64,000 bases of DNA from Auanema rhodensis (lineage: Eukaryota > Animalia > Nematoda), in NCBI GenBank assembly GCA_964057225.1, contig OZ059899.1, positions 20,150,001 through 20,214,000 of the forward strand. The letters run 5' to 3'. The translations under genes and the position numbers were made by a program. Of the stretch, positions 25,709-40,700 are shown in pieces. The notes under the pieces are model-generated. The model searched no databases. It was given only the letters and a program-made list of their open reading frames with translations, and was not told the DNA's origin. Every line of letters starts with the position of its first letter. Position 1 is the first letter of the stretch.

Positions 25709-28700
25709 TTTACGTGAACTTTAATTTATGCTAATTAAACGTACACGTGGTGTGCACTCGGTATGTAACTCGCTTCACGTGAAAGATAAAGAGATGCGGT
25801 TTTCAAAATTAGATTCCCCATGTCCATATTAGTCTAAAAACAAATTTTTATTGATATTGGTGCATGGTAACCATGACTTTGAAATTTACGTGAACTTTAA
25901 TTTATGCTACATAAATGTACACGTGATGTGCACTTGGTATGTAACTCGCTTCACGTGAAAGATAAAAAGATGCAGTTTTTAAAATTAGATTCCCCATGTC
26001 CATATTAGTCTAAAAACAATTTTTTACTGATATTGGTGCATGGTAACCATAACTTTGAAATTTACGTGAACTTTAATTTATGCTTATTAAACGTACACGT
26101 GGTGTGCACTCGGTATGTAACTCGCTTCACGTGAAAGATAAAGAGATGCAGTTATCAAAATTAGATTCCCCATGTCCATATTAGTCTAAAAACAAATTTT
26201 TATTGATATTGGTGCATGGTAACCATGACTTTGAAATTTACGTGAACTTTAATTTATGCTACATAAATGTACACGTGATGTGCACTTGGTATGTAACTCG
26301 CTTCACGTGAAAGATAAAAAGATGCAGTTTTTAAAATTAGATTCCCCATGTCCATATTAGTCTAAAAACAATTTTTTACTGATATTGGTGCATGGTAACC
26401 ATAACTTTGAAATTTACGTGAACTTTAATTTATGCTTATTAAACGTACACGTGGTGTGCACTCGGTATGTAACTCGCTTCACGTGAAAGATAAAGAGATG
26501 CAGTTATCAAAATTAGATTCCCCATGTCCATATTAGTCTAAAAACAAATTTTTATTGATATTGGTGCATGGTAACCATGACTTTGAAATTTACGTGAACT
26601 TTAATTTATGCTAATTAAATGTACACGTGGTGTGCACTCGGTATGTAACTCGCTTCACGTGAAAGATAAAGAGATGCAGTTATCAAAATTAGATTCCCCA
26701 TGTCCATATTAGTCTAAAAACAAATTTTTATTGATATTGGTGCATGGTAACCATGACTTTGAAATTTACGTGAACTTTAATTTATGCTACATAAATCTAC
26801 ACGTGATGTGCACTTGGTATGTAACTCGCTTCACGTGAAAGATAAAGAGATGCGGTTTTCAAAATTAGATTCCCCATGTCCATATTAGTCTAAAAACAAA
26901 TTTTTATTGATATTGGTGCATGGTAACCATGACTTTGAAATTTACGTGAACTTTAATTTATGCTACATAAATCTACACGTGATGTGCACTTGGTATGTAA
27001 CTCGCTTCACGTGAAAGATAAAAAGATGCGGTTTTCAAAATTAGATTCCCCATGTCCATATTAGTCTAAAAACAAATTTTTATTGATATTGGTGCATGGT
27101 AACCATGACTTTGAAATTTACGTGAACTTTAATTTATGCTACATAAATCTACACGTGATGTGCACTTGGTATGTAACTCGCTTCACGTGAAAGATAAAAA
27201 GATGCGGTTTTTAAAATTAGATTCCCCATGTCCATATTAGTCTAAAAACAAATTTTTATTGATATTGGTGCATGGTAACCATGACTTTGAAATTTACGTG
27301 AACTTTAATTTATGCTAATTAAATGTACACGTGGTGTGCACTCGGTATGTAACTCGCTTCACGTGAAAGATAAAGAGATGCAGTTATCAAAATTAGATTC
27401 CACATGTCCATATTAGTCTAAAAACAAATTTTTATTGATATTGGTGCATGGTAACCATGACTTTGAAATTTACGTGAACTTTAATTTATGCTAATTAAAC
27501 GTACACGTGATGTGCACTTGGTATGTAACTCGCTTCACGTGAAAGATAAAGAGATGCGGTTTTCAAAATTAGATTCCCCATGTCCATATTAGTCTAAAAA
27601 CAAATTTTTATTGATATTGGTGCATGGTAACCATGACTTTGAAATTTACGTGAACTTTAATTTATGCTACATAAATCTACACGTGATGTGCACTTGGTAT
27701 GTAACTCGCTTCACGTGAAAGATAAAAAGATGCGGTTTTTAAAATTAGATTCCCCATGTCCATATTAGTCTAAAAACAATTTTTTACTGATATTGGTGCA
27801 TGGTAACCATGACTTTGAAATTTACGTGAACTTTAATTTATGCTAATTAAACGTACACGTGGTGTGCACTCGGTATGTAACTCGCTTCACGTGTAAGATA
27901 AAGAGATGCGGTTTTCAAAATTAGATTCCCCATGTCCATATTAGTCTAAAAACAAATTTTTATTGATATTGGTGCATGGTAACCATGACTTTAAAATTTA
28001 CGTGAACTTTAATTTATGCTAATTAAACGTACACGTGGTGTGCACTCGGTATGTAACTCGCTTCACGTGTAAGATAAAGAGATGCGGTTTTCAAAATTAG
28101 ATTCCCCATGTCCATATTAGTCTAAAAACAAATTTTTATTGATATTGGTGCATGGTAACCATGACTTTGAAATTTACGTGAACTTTAATTTATGCTACAT
28201 AAATCTACACGTGATGTGCACTTGGTATGTAACTCGCTTCACGTGAAAGATAAAGAGATGCGGTTTTCAAAATTAGATTCCCCATGTCCATATTAGTCTA
28301 AAAACAAATTTTTATTGATATTGGTGCATGGTAACCATGACTTTGAAATTTACGTGAACTTTAATTTATGCTGATTAAACGTACACGTGGTGTGCACTCG
28401 GTATGTAACTCGCTTCACGTGTAAGATAAAGAGATGCGGTTTTCGAAATTAGATTCCCCATGTCCATATTAGTCTAAAAACAAATTTTTATTGATATTGG
28501 TGCATGGTAACCATGATTTTGAAATTTACGTGAACTTTAATTCATGCTAATTAAATGTACACGTGGTGTGCACTCGGTATGTAACTCGCTTCACGTGAAA
28601 GATAAAGAGATGCAGTTATCAAAATTAGATTCCCCATGTCCATATTAGTCTAAAAACAAATTTTTATTGATATTGGTGCATGGTAACCATGATTTTGAAA

Positions 28701-31700
28701 TTTACGTGAACTTTAATTCATGCTAATTAAATGTACACGTGGTGTGCACTCGGTATGTAACTCGCTTCACGTGTAAGATAAAGAGATGCGGTTTTCGAAA
28801 TTAGATTCCCCATGTCCATATTAGTCTAAAAACAAATTTTTATTGATATTGGTGCATGGTAACCATGATTTTGAAATTTACGTGAACTTTAATTCATGCT
28901 AATTAAATGTACACGTGGTGTGCACTCGGTATGTAACTCGCTTCACGTGAAAGATAAAGAGATGCAGTTATCAAAATTAGATTCCCCATGTCCATATTAG
29001 TCTAAAAACAATTTTTTACTGATATTGGTGCATGGTAACCATGATTTTGAAATTTACGTGAACTTTAATTTATGCTAATTAAACGTACACGTGATGTGCA
29101 CTTGGTATGTAACTCGCTTCACGTGAAAGATAAAGAGATGCGGTTCTCAAAATTAGATTCCCCATGTCCATATTAGTCTAAAAACAAATTTTTATTGATA
29201 TTGGTGCATGGTAACCATGACTTTGAAATTTACGTGAACTTTAATTTATGCTAATTAAACGTACACGTGGTGTGCACTCGGTATGTAACTCGCTTCACGT
29301 GAAAGATAAAGAGATGCGGTTTTCAAAATTAGATTCCCCATGTCCATATTAGTCTAAAAACAAATTTTTTTTGATATTGGTGCATGGTAACCATGATTTT
29401 GAAATTTACGTGAACTTTAATTTATGCTAATTAAATGTACACGTGGTGTGCACTTGGTATGTAACTCGCTTCACGTGAAAGATAAAGAGATGCGGTTTTC
29501 AAAATTAGATTCCCCATGTCCATATTAGTCTAAAAACAAATTTTTATTGATATTGGTGCATGGTAACCATGACTTTGAAATTTACGTGAACTTTAATTTA
29601 TGCTAATTAAACGTACACGTGGTGTGCACTCGGTATGTAACTCGCTTCACGTGAAAGATAAAAAGATGCGGTTTTTAAAATTAGATTCCCCATGTCCATA
29701 TTAGTCTAAAAACAATTTTTTACTGATATTGGTGCATGGTAACCATGACTTTGAAATTTACGTGAACTTTAATTTATGCTAATTAAACGTACACGTGGTG
29801 TGCACTCGGTATGTAACTCGCTTCACGTGTAAGATAAAGAGATGCGGTTTTCAAAATTAGATTCCCCATGTCCATATTAGTCTAAAAACAAATTTTTATT
29901 GATATTGGTGCATGGTAACCATGACTTTGAAATTTACGTGAACTTTAATTTATGCTAATTAAACGTACACGTGGTGTGCACTCGGTATGTAACTCGCTTC
30001 ACGTGAAAGATAAAGAGATGCGGTTTTCAAAATTAGATTCCCCATGTCCATATTAGTCTAAAAACAAATTTTTATTGATATTGGTGCATGGTAACCATGA
30101 CTTTGAAATTTACGTGAACTTTAATTTATGCTAATTAAACGTACACGTGGTGTGCACTCGGTATGTAACTCGCTTCACGTGTAAGATAAAGAGATGCGGT
30201 TTTCAAAATTAGATTCCCCATGTCCATATTAGTCTAAAAACAAATTTTTATTGATATTGGTGCATGGTAACCATGACTTTGAAATTTACGTGAACTTTAA
30301 TTTATGCTAATTAAACGTACACGTGGTGTGCACTCGGTATGTAACTCGCTTCACGTGTAAGATAAAGAGATGCGGTTTTCGAAATTAGATTCCCCATGTC
30401 CATATTAGTCTAAAAACAAATTTTTATTGATATTGGTGCATGGTAACCATGATTTTGAAATTTACGTGAACTTTAATTCATGCTAATTAAATGTACACGT
30501 GGTGTGCACTCGGTATGTAACTCGCTTCACGTGAAAGATAAAGAGATGCAGTTATCAAAATTAGATTCCCCATGTACATATTAGTCTAAAAACAATTTTT
30601 TACTGATATTGGTGCATGGTAACCATGATTTTGAAATTTACGTGAACTTTAATTTATGCTAATTAAACGTACACGTGATGTGCACTTGGTATGTAACTCG
30701 CTTCACGTGAAAGATAAAGAGATGCGGTTTTTAAAATTAGATTCCCCATGTCCATATTAGTCTAAAAACAATTTTTTACTGATATTGGTGCATGGTAACC
30801 ATGATTTTGAAATTTACGTGAACTTTAATTTATGCTAATTAAACGTACACGTGGTGTGCACTCGGTATGTAACTCGCTTCACGTGTAAGATAAAGAGATG
30901 CGGTTTTCAAAATTAGATTCCCCATGTCCATATTAGTCTAAAAACAAATTTTTTTTGATATTGGTGCATGGTAACCATGATTTTGAAATTTACGTGAACT
31001 TTAATTTATGCTAATTAAATGTACACGTGGTGTGCACTTGGTATGTAACTCGCTTCACGTGAAAGATAAAGAGATGCGGTTTTCAAAATTAGATTCCCCA
31101 TGTCCATATTAGTCTAAAAACAAATTTTTATTGATATTGGTGCATGGTAACCATGACTTTGAATTTTACGTGAACTTTAATTTATGCTAATTAAACGTAC
31201 ACGTGGTGTGCACTCGGTATGTAACTCGCTTCACGTGTAAGATAAAGAGATGCGGTTTTCAAAATTAGATTCCCCATGTCCATATTAGTCTAAAAACAAA
31301 TTTTTACTGATATTGGTGCATGGTAACCATGACTTTGAAATTTACGTGAACTTTAATTTATGCTAATTAAACGTACACGTGGTGTGCACTCGGTATGTAA
31401 CTCGCTTAACGTGTAAGATAAAGAGATGCGGTTTTCAAAATTAGATTCCCCATGTCCATATTAGTCTAAAAACAAATTTTTATTGATATTGGTGCATGGT
31501 AACCATGATTTTGAAATTTACGTGAACTTTAATTTATGCTAATTAAACGTACACGTGGTGTGCACTCGGTATGTAACTCGCTTCACGTGTAAGATAAAGA
31601 GATGCGGTTTTCAAAATTAGATTCCCCATGTCCATATTAGTCTAAAAACAAATTTTTTTTTGATATTGGTGCATGGTAACCATGACTTTGAAATTTACGT

Positions 31701-34700
31701 GAACTTTAATTTATGCTACATAAATCTACACGTGATGTGCACTTGGTATGTAACTCGCTTCACGTGAAAGATAAAAAGATGCGGTTTTTAAAATTAGATT
31801 CCCCATGTCCATATTAGTCTAAAAACAATTTTTTACTGATATTGGTGCATGGTAACCATGACTTTGAAATTTACGTGAACTTTAATTTATGCTAATTAAA
31901 CGTACACGTGGTGTGCACTCGGTATGTAACTCGCTTCACGTGTAAGATAAAGAGATGCGGTTTTCAAAATTAGATTCCCCATGTCCATATTAGTCTAAAA
32001 ACAAATTTTTATTGATATTGGTGCATGGTAACCATGACTTTGAAATTTACGTGAACTTTAATTTATGCTAATTAAACGTACACGTGGTGTGCACTCGGTA
32101 TGTAACTCGCTTCACGTGTAAGATAAAGAGATGCGGTTTTCAAAATTAGATTCCCCATGTCCATGTTAGTCTAAAAACAAATTTTTATTGATATTGGTGC
32201 ATGGTAACCATGACTTTGAAATTTACGTGAACTTTAATTTATGCTAATTAAACGTACACGTGGTGTGCACTCGGTATGTAACTCGCTTCACGTGTAAGAT
32301 AAAGAGATGCGGTTTTCAAAATTAGATTCCCCATGTCCATATTAGTCTAAAAACAAATTTTTATTGATATTGGTGCATGGTAACCATGACTTTGAATTTT
32401 ACGTGAACTTTAATTCATGCTAATTAAATGTACACGTGGTGTGCACTCGGTATGTAACTCGCTTCACGTGTAAGATAAAGAGATGCAGTTATCAAAATTA
32501 GATTCCCCATGTCCATATTAGTCTAAAAACAAATTTTTATTGATATTGGTGCATGGTAACCATGACTTTGAAATTTACGTGAACTTTAATTCATGCTAAT
32601 TAAATGTACACGTGGTGTGCCCTCGGTATGTAACTCGCTTCACGTGAAAGATAAAGAGATGCAGTTATCAAAATTAGATTCCCCATGTACATATTAGTCT
32701 AAAAACAATTTTTTACTGATATTGGTGCATGGTAACCATGATTTTGAAATTTACGTGAACTTTAATTTATGCTAATTAAACGTACACGTGATGTGCACTT
32801 GGTATGTAACTCGCTTCACGTGAAAGATAAAGAGATGCGGTTTTTAAAATTAGATTCCCCATGTCCATATTAGTCTAAAAACAATTTTTTACTGATATTG
32901 GTGCATGGTAACCATGATTTTGAAATTTACGTGAACTTTAATTTATGCTAATTAAACGTACACGTGGTGTGCACTCGGTATGTAACTCGCTTCACGTGAA
33001 AGATAAAGAGATGCGGTTCTCAAAATTAGATTCCCCATGTCCATATTAGTCTAAAAACAAATTTTTATTGATATTGGTGCATGGTAACCATGATTTTGAA
33101 ATTTACGTGAACTTTAATTTATGCTAATTAAACGTACACGTGGTGTGCACTCGGTATGTAACTCGCTTCACGTGAAAGATAGAGAGATGCGGTTTTCAAA
33201 ATTAGATTCCCCATGTCCATATTAGTCTAAAAACAAATTTTTATTGATATTGGTGCATGGTAACCATGACTTTGAAATTTACGTGAACTTTAATTTATGC
33301 TACATAAATCTACACGTGATGTGCACTTGGTATGTAACTCGCTTCACGTGAAAGATAAAAAGATGCGGTTTTTAAAATTAGATTCCCCATGTCCATATTA
33401 GTCTAAAAACAATTTTTTACTGATATTGGTGCATGGTAACCATGACTTTGAAATTTACGTGAACTTTAATTTATGCTAATTAAACGTACACGTGGTGTGC
33501 ACTCGGTATGTAACTCGCTTCACGTGTAAGCTAAAGAGATGCGGTTTTCAAAATTAGATTCCCCATGTCCATATTAGTCTAAAAACAAATTTTTATTGAT
33601 ATTGGTGCATGGTAACCATGATTTTGAAATTTAAGTGAACTTTAATTTATGCTAATTAAACGTACACGTGGTGTGCACTCGGTATGTAACTCGCTTCACG
33701 TGTAAGATAAAGAGATGCGGTTTTCAAAATTAGATTCCCCATGTCCATATTAGTCTAAAAACAAATTTTTTTTTGATATTGGTGCATGGTAACCATGACT
33801 TTGAAATTTACGTGAACTTTAATTTATGCTAATTAAACGTACACGTGGTGTGCACTCGGTATGTAACTCGCTTCACGTGTAAGATAAAGAGATGCGGTTT
33901 TCAAAATTAGATTACTCATGTCCATATTAGTCTAAAAACAAATTTTTATTGATATTGGTGCATGGTAACCATGACTTTGAAATTTACGTGAACTTTAATT
34001 TATGCTAATTAAACGTACACGTGGTGTGCACTCGGTATGTAACTCGCTTCACGTGTAAGATAAAGAGATGCGGTTTTCAAAATTAGATTCCCCATGTCCA
34101 TATTAGTCTAAAAACAAATTTTTATTGATATTGGTGCATGGTAACCATGATTTTGAAATTTACGTGAACTTTAATTCATGCTAATTAAATGTACACGTGG
34201 TGTGGACTCGGTATGTAACTCGCTTCACGTGAAAGATAAAGAGATGCAGTTATCAAAATTAGATTCCCCATGTCCATATTAGTCTAAAAACAATTTTTTA
34301 CTGATATTGGTGCATGGTAACCATGATTTTGAAATTTACGTGGACTTTAATTTATGCTAATTAAACGTACACGTGATGTGCACTTGGTATGTAACTCGCT
34401 TCACGTGAAAGATAAAGAGATGAGGTTTTTAAAATTAGATTCCCCATGTCCATATTAGTCTAAAAACAATTTTTTACTGATATTGGTGCATGGTAACCAT
34501 GATTTTGAAATTTACGTGAACTTTAATTTAAGCTAATCAAACGTACACGTGGTGTGCTCTCGGTATGTAACTCGCTTCACGTGAAAGATAAAGAGATGCG
34601 GTTTTCAAAATTAGATTCCCCATGTCCATATTAGTCTAAAAACAAATTTTTATTGATATTGGTGCATGGTAACCATGACTTTGAAATTTACGTGAACTTT

Positions 34701-37700
34701 AATTTATGCTAATTAAACGTACACGTGGTGTGCACTCGGTATGTAACTCGCTTCACGTGAAAGATAAAGAGATGCGGTTTTCAAAATTAGATTCCCCATG
34801 TCCATATTAGTCTAAAAACAAATTTTTTTTGATATTGGTGCATGGTAACCATGATTTTGAAATTTACGTGAACTTTAATTTATGCTAATTAAATGTACAC
34901 GTGGTGTGCACTCGGTATGTAACTCGCTTCACGTGAAAGATAAAGAGATGCGGTTTTCAAAATTAGATTCCCCATGTCCATATTAGTCTAAAATCAAATT
35001 TTTATTGATATTGGTGCATGGTAACCATGACTTTGAATTTTACGTGAACTTTAATTTATGCTAATTAAACGTACACGTGGTGTGCACTCGGTATGTAACT
35101 CGCTTCACGTGAAAGATAAAGAGATGCGGTTTTCAAAATTAGATTCCCCATGTCCATATTAGTCTAAAAACAAAATTTTATTGATATTGGTGCATGGTAA
35201 CCATGACTTTGAAATTTACGTGAACTTTAATTTATGCTACATAAATGTACACGTGATGTGCACTTGGTATGTAACTCGCTTCACGTGAAAGATAAAAAGA
35301 TGCGGTTTTTAAAATTAGATTCCCCATGTCCATATTAGTCTAAAAACAAATTTTTACTGATATTGGTGCATGGTAACCATGACTTTGAAATTTACGTGAA
35401 CTTTAATTTATGCTAATTAAACGTACACGTGGTGTGCACTCGGTATGTAACTCGCTTAACGTGTAAGATAAAGAGATGCGGTTTTCAAAATTAGATTCCC
35501 CATGTCCATATTAGTCTAAAAACAAATTTTTATTGATATTGGTGCATGGTAACCATGACTTTGAATTTTACGTGAACTTTAATTCATGCTAATTAAATGT
35601 ACACGTGGTGTGCACTCGGTATGTAACTCGCTTCACGTGAAAGATAAAGAGATGCAGTTATCAAAATTAGATTCCCCATGTCCATATTAGTCTAAAAACA
35701 AATTTTTATTGATATTGGTGCATGGTAACCATGACTTTGAAATTTACGTGAACTTTAATTCATGCTAATTAAATGTACACGTGGTGTGCCCTCGGTATGT
35801 AACTCGCTTCACGTGAAAGATAAAGAGATGCAGTTATCAAAATTAGATTCCCCATGTACATATTAGTCTAAAAACAATTTTTTACTGATATTGGTGCATG
35901 GTAACCATGATTTTGAAATTTACGTGAACTTTAATTTATGCTAATTAAACGTACACGTGATGTGCACTTGGTATGTAACTCGCTTCACGTGAAAGATAAA
36001 GAGATGCGGTTTTTAAAATTAGATTCCCCATGTCCATATTAGTCTAAAAACAATTTTTTACTGATATTGGTGCATGGTAACCATGATTTTGAAATTTACG
36101 TGAACTTTAATTTATGCTAATTAAACGTACACGTGGTGTGCACTCGGTATGTAACTCGCTTCACGTGAAAGATAAAGAGATGCGGTTCTCAAAATTAGAT
36201 TCCCCATGTCCATATTAGTCTAAAAACAAATTTTTATTGATATTGGTGCATGGTAACCATGACTTTGAATTTTACGTGAACTTTAATTTATGCTAATTAA
36301 ACGTACACGTGGTGTGCACTCGGTATGTAACTCGCTTCACGTGAAAGATAGAGAGATGCGGTTTTCAAAATTAGATTCCCCATGTCCATATTAGTCTAAA
36401 AACAAATTTTTATTGATATTGGTGCATGGTAACCATGACTTTGAAATTTACGTGAACTTTAATTTATGCTACATAAATCTACACGTGATGTGCACTTGGT
36501 ATGTAACTCGCTTCACGTGAAAGATAAAAAGATGCGGTTTTTAAAATTAGATTCCCCATGTCCATATTAGTCTAAAAACAATTTTTTACTGATATTGGTG
36601 CATGGTAACCATGACTTTGAAATTTACGTGAACTTTAATTTATGCTAATTAAACGTACACGTGGTGTGCACTCGGTATGTAACTCGCTTCACGTGTAAGA
36701 TAAAGAGATGCGGTTTTCAAAATTAGATTCCCCATCTCCATATTAGTCTAAAAACAAATTTTTATTGATATTGGTGCATGGTAACCATGATTTTGAAATT
36801 TACGTGAACTTTAATTCATGCTAATTAAATGTACACGTGGTGTGGACTCGGTATGTAACTCGCTTCACGTGAAAGATAAAGAGATGCAGTTATCAAAATT
36901 AGATTCCCCATGTCCATATTAGTCTAAAAACAATTTTTTACTGATATTGGTGCATGGTAACCATGATTTTGAAATTTACGTGGACTTTAATTTATGCTAA
37001 TTAAACGTACACGTGATGTGCACTTGGTATGTAACTCGCTTCACGTGAAAGATAAAGAGATGCGGTTTTTAAAATTAGATTCCCCATGTCCATATTAGTC
37101 TAAAAACAATTTTTTACTGATATTGGTGCATGGTAACCATGATTTTGAAATTTACGTGAACTTTAATTTAAGCTAATCAAACGTACACGTGGTGTGCTCT
37201 CGGTATGTAACTCGCTTCACGTGAAAGATAAAGAGATGCGGTTTTCAAAATTAGATTCCCCATGTCCATATTAGTCTAAAAACAAATTTTTATTGATATT
37301 GGTGCATGGTAACCATGACTTTGAAATTTACGTGAACTTTAATTTATGCTAATTAAACGTACACGTGGTGTGCACTCGGTATGTAACTCGCTTCACGTGA
37401 AAGATAAAGAGATGCGGTTTTCAAAATTAGATTCCCCATGTCCATATTAGTCTAAAAACAAATTTTTTTTGATATTGGTGCATGGTAACCATGATTTTGA
37501 AATTTACGTGAACTTTAATTTATGCTAATTAAATGTACACGTGGTGTGCACTCGGTATGTAACTCGCTTCACGTGAAAGATAAAGAGATGCGGTTTTCAA
37601 AATTAGATTCCCCATGTCCATATTAGTCTAAAATCAAATTTTTATTGATATTGGTGCATGGTAACCATGACTTTGAATTTTACGTGAACTTTAATTTATG

Positions 37701-40700
37701 CTAATTAAACGTACACGTGGTGTGCACTCGGTATGTAACTCGCTTCACGTGAAAGATAAAGAGATGCGGTTTTCAAAATTAGATTCCCCATGTCCATATT
37801 AGTCTAAAAACAAAATTTTATTGATATTGGTGCATGGTAACCATGACTTTGAAATTTACGTGAACTTTAATTTATGCTACATAAATGTACACGTGATGTG
37901 CACTTGGTATGTAACTCGCTTCACGTGAAAGATAAAAAGATGCGGTTTTTAAAATTAGATTCCCCATGTCCATATTAGTCTAAAAACAATTTTTTACTGA
38001 TATTGGTGCATGGTAACCATGACTTTGAAATTTACGTGAACTTTAATTTATGCTAATTAAACGTACACGTGGTGTGCACTCGGTATGTAACTCGCTTCAC
38101 GTGTAAGATAAAGAGATGCGGTTTTCAAAATTAGATTCCCCATGTCCATATTAGTCTAAAAACAAATTTTTATTGATATTGGTGCATGGTAACCATGACT
38201 TTGAAATTTACGTGAACTTTAATTTATGCTAATTAAACGTACACGTGGTGTGCACTCGGTATGTAACTCGCTTCACGTGTAAGATAAAGAGATGCGGTTT
38301 TCAAAATTAGATTCCTCATGTCCATATTAGTCTAAAAACAAATTTTTATTGATATTGGTGCATGGTAACCATGATTTTGAAATTTACGTGAACTTTAATT
38401 TATGCTGATTAAATGTACACGTGGTGTGCACTCGGTATGTAACTCGCTTCACGTGAAAGATAAAGAGATGCAGTTATCAAAATTAGATTCCCCATGTCCA
38501 TATTAGTCTAAAAACAAATTTTTATTGATATTGGTGCATGGTAACCATGACTTTGAAATTTACGTGAACTTTAATTTATGCTAATTAAACGTACACGTGT
38601 TGTGCACTCGGTATGTAACTCGCTTCACGTGGAAGATAAAAAGATGCGGTTTTCAAAATTAGATTCCCCATGTCCATATTAGTCTAAAAACAATTTTTTA
38701 CTGATATTGGTGCATGGTAACCATGACTTTGAAATTTACGTGAACTTTAATTTATGCTAATTAAACGTACACGTGGTGTGCACTCGGTATGTAACTCGCT
38801 TCACGTGTAAGATAAAGAGATGCGGTTTTCAAAATTAGATTCCCCATGTCCATATTAGTCTAAAAACAAATTTTTATTGATATTGGTGCATGGTAACCAT
38901 GACTTTGAATTTTACGTGAACTTTAATTTATGCTAATTAAACGTACACGTGGTGTGCACTCGGTATGTAACTCGCTTCACGTGTAAGATAAAGAGATGCG
39001 GTTTTCAAAATTAGATTCCCCATGTCCATATTAGTCTAAAAACAAATTTTTTTTTGATATTGGTGCATGGTAACCATGACTTTGAAATTTACGTGAACTT
39101 TAATTTATGCTAATTAAACGTACACGTGGTGTGCACTCGGTATGTAACTCGCTTCACGTGTAAGATAAAGAGATGCGGTTTTCAAAATTAGATTACTCAT
39201 GTCCATATTAGTCTAAAAACAAATTTTTATTGATATTGGTGCATGGTAACCATGACTTTGAAATTTACGTGAACTTTAATTTATGCTAATTAAACGTACA
39301 CGTGGTGTGCACTCGGTATGTAACTCGCTTCACGTGTAAGATAAAGAGATGCGGTTTTCAAAATTAGATTCCCCATGTCCATATTAGTCTAAAAACAAAC
39401 TTTTATTGATATTGGTGCATGGTAACCATGATTTTGAAATTTACGTGAACTTTAATTCATGCTAATTAAATGTACACGTGGTGTGGACTCGGTATGTAAC
39501 TCGCTTCACGTGAAAGATAAAGAGATGCAGTTATCAAAATTAGATTCCCCACGTCCATATTAGTCTAAAAACAATTTTTTACTGATATTGGTGCATGGTA
39601 ACCATGATTTTGAAATTTACGTGGACTTTTATTTATGCTAATTAAACGTACACGTGATGTGCACTTGGTATGTAACTCGCTTCACGTGAAAGATGAAGAG
39701 ATGCGGTTTTTACAATTAGATTCCCCATGTCCATATTAGTCTAAAAACAATTTTTTACTGATATTGGTGCATGGTAACCATGATTTTGAAATTTACGTGA
39801 ACTTTAATTTAAGCTAATCAAACGTACACGTGGTGTGCTCTCGGTATGTAACTCGCTTCACGTGAAAGATAAAGAGATGCGGTTTTCAAAATTAGATTCC
39901 CCATGTCCATATTAGTCTAAAAACAAATTTTTATTGATATTGGTGCATGGTAACCATGACTTTGAAATTTACGTGAACTTTAATTTATGCTAATTAAACG
40001 TACACGTGGTGTGCACTCGGTATGTAACTCGCTTCACGTGAAAGATAAAGAGATGCGGTTTTCAAAATTAGATTCCCCATGTCCATATTAGTCTAAAAAC
40101 AAATTTTTTTTGATATTGGTGCATGGTAACCATGATTTTGAAATTTACGTGAACTTTAATTTATGCTAATTAAATGTACACGTGGTGTGCACTCGGTATG
40201 TAACTCGCTTCACGTGAAAGATAAAGAGATGCGGTTTTCAAAATTAGATTTCCCATGTCCATATTAGTCTAAAAACAAATTTTTATTGATATTGGTGCAT
40301 GGTAACCATGACTTTGAATTTTACGTGAACTTTAATTTATGCTAATTAAACGTACACGTGGTGTGCACTCGGTATGTAACTCGCTTCACGTGAAAGATAA
40401 AGAGATGCGGTTTTCAAAATTAGATTCCCCATGTCCATATTAGTCTAAAAACAAAATTTTATTGATATTGGTGCATGGTAACCATGACTTTGAAATTTAC
40501 GTGAACTTTAATTTATGCTACATAAATGTACACGTGATGTGCACTTGGTATGTAACTCGCTTCACGTGAAAGATAAAAAGATGCGGTTTTTAAAATTAGA
40601 TTCCCCATGTCCATATTAGTCTAAAAACAATTTTTTACTGATATTGGTGCATGGTAACCATGACTTTGAAATTTACGTGAACTTTAATTTATGCTAATTA

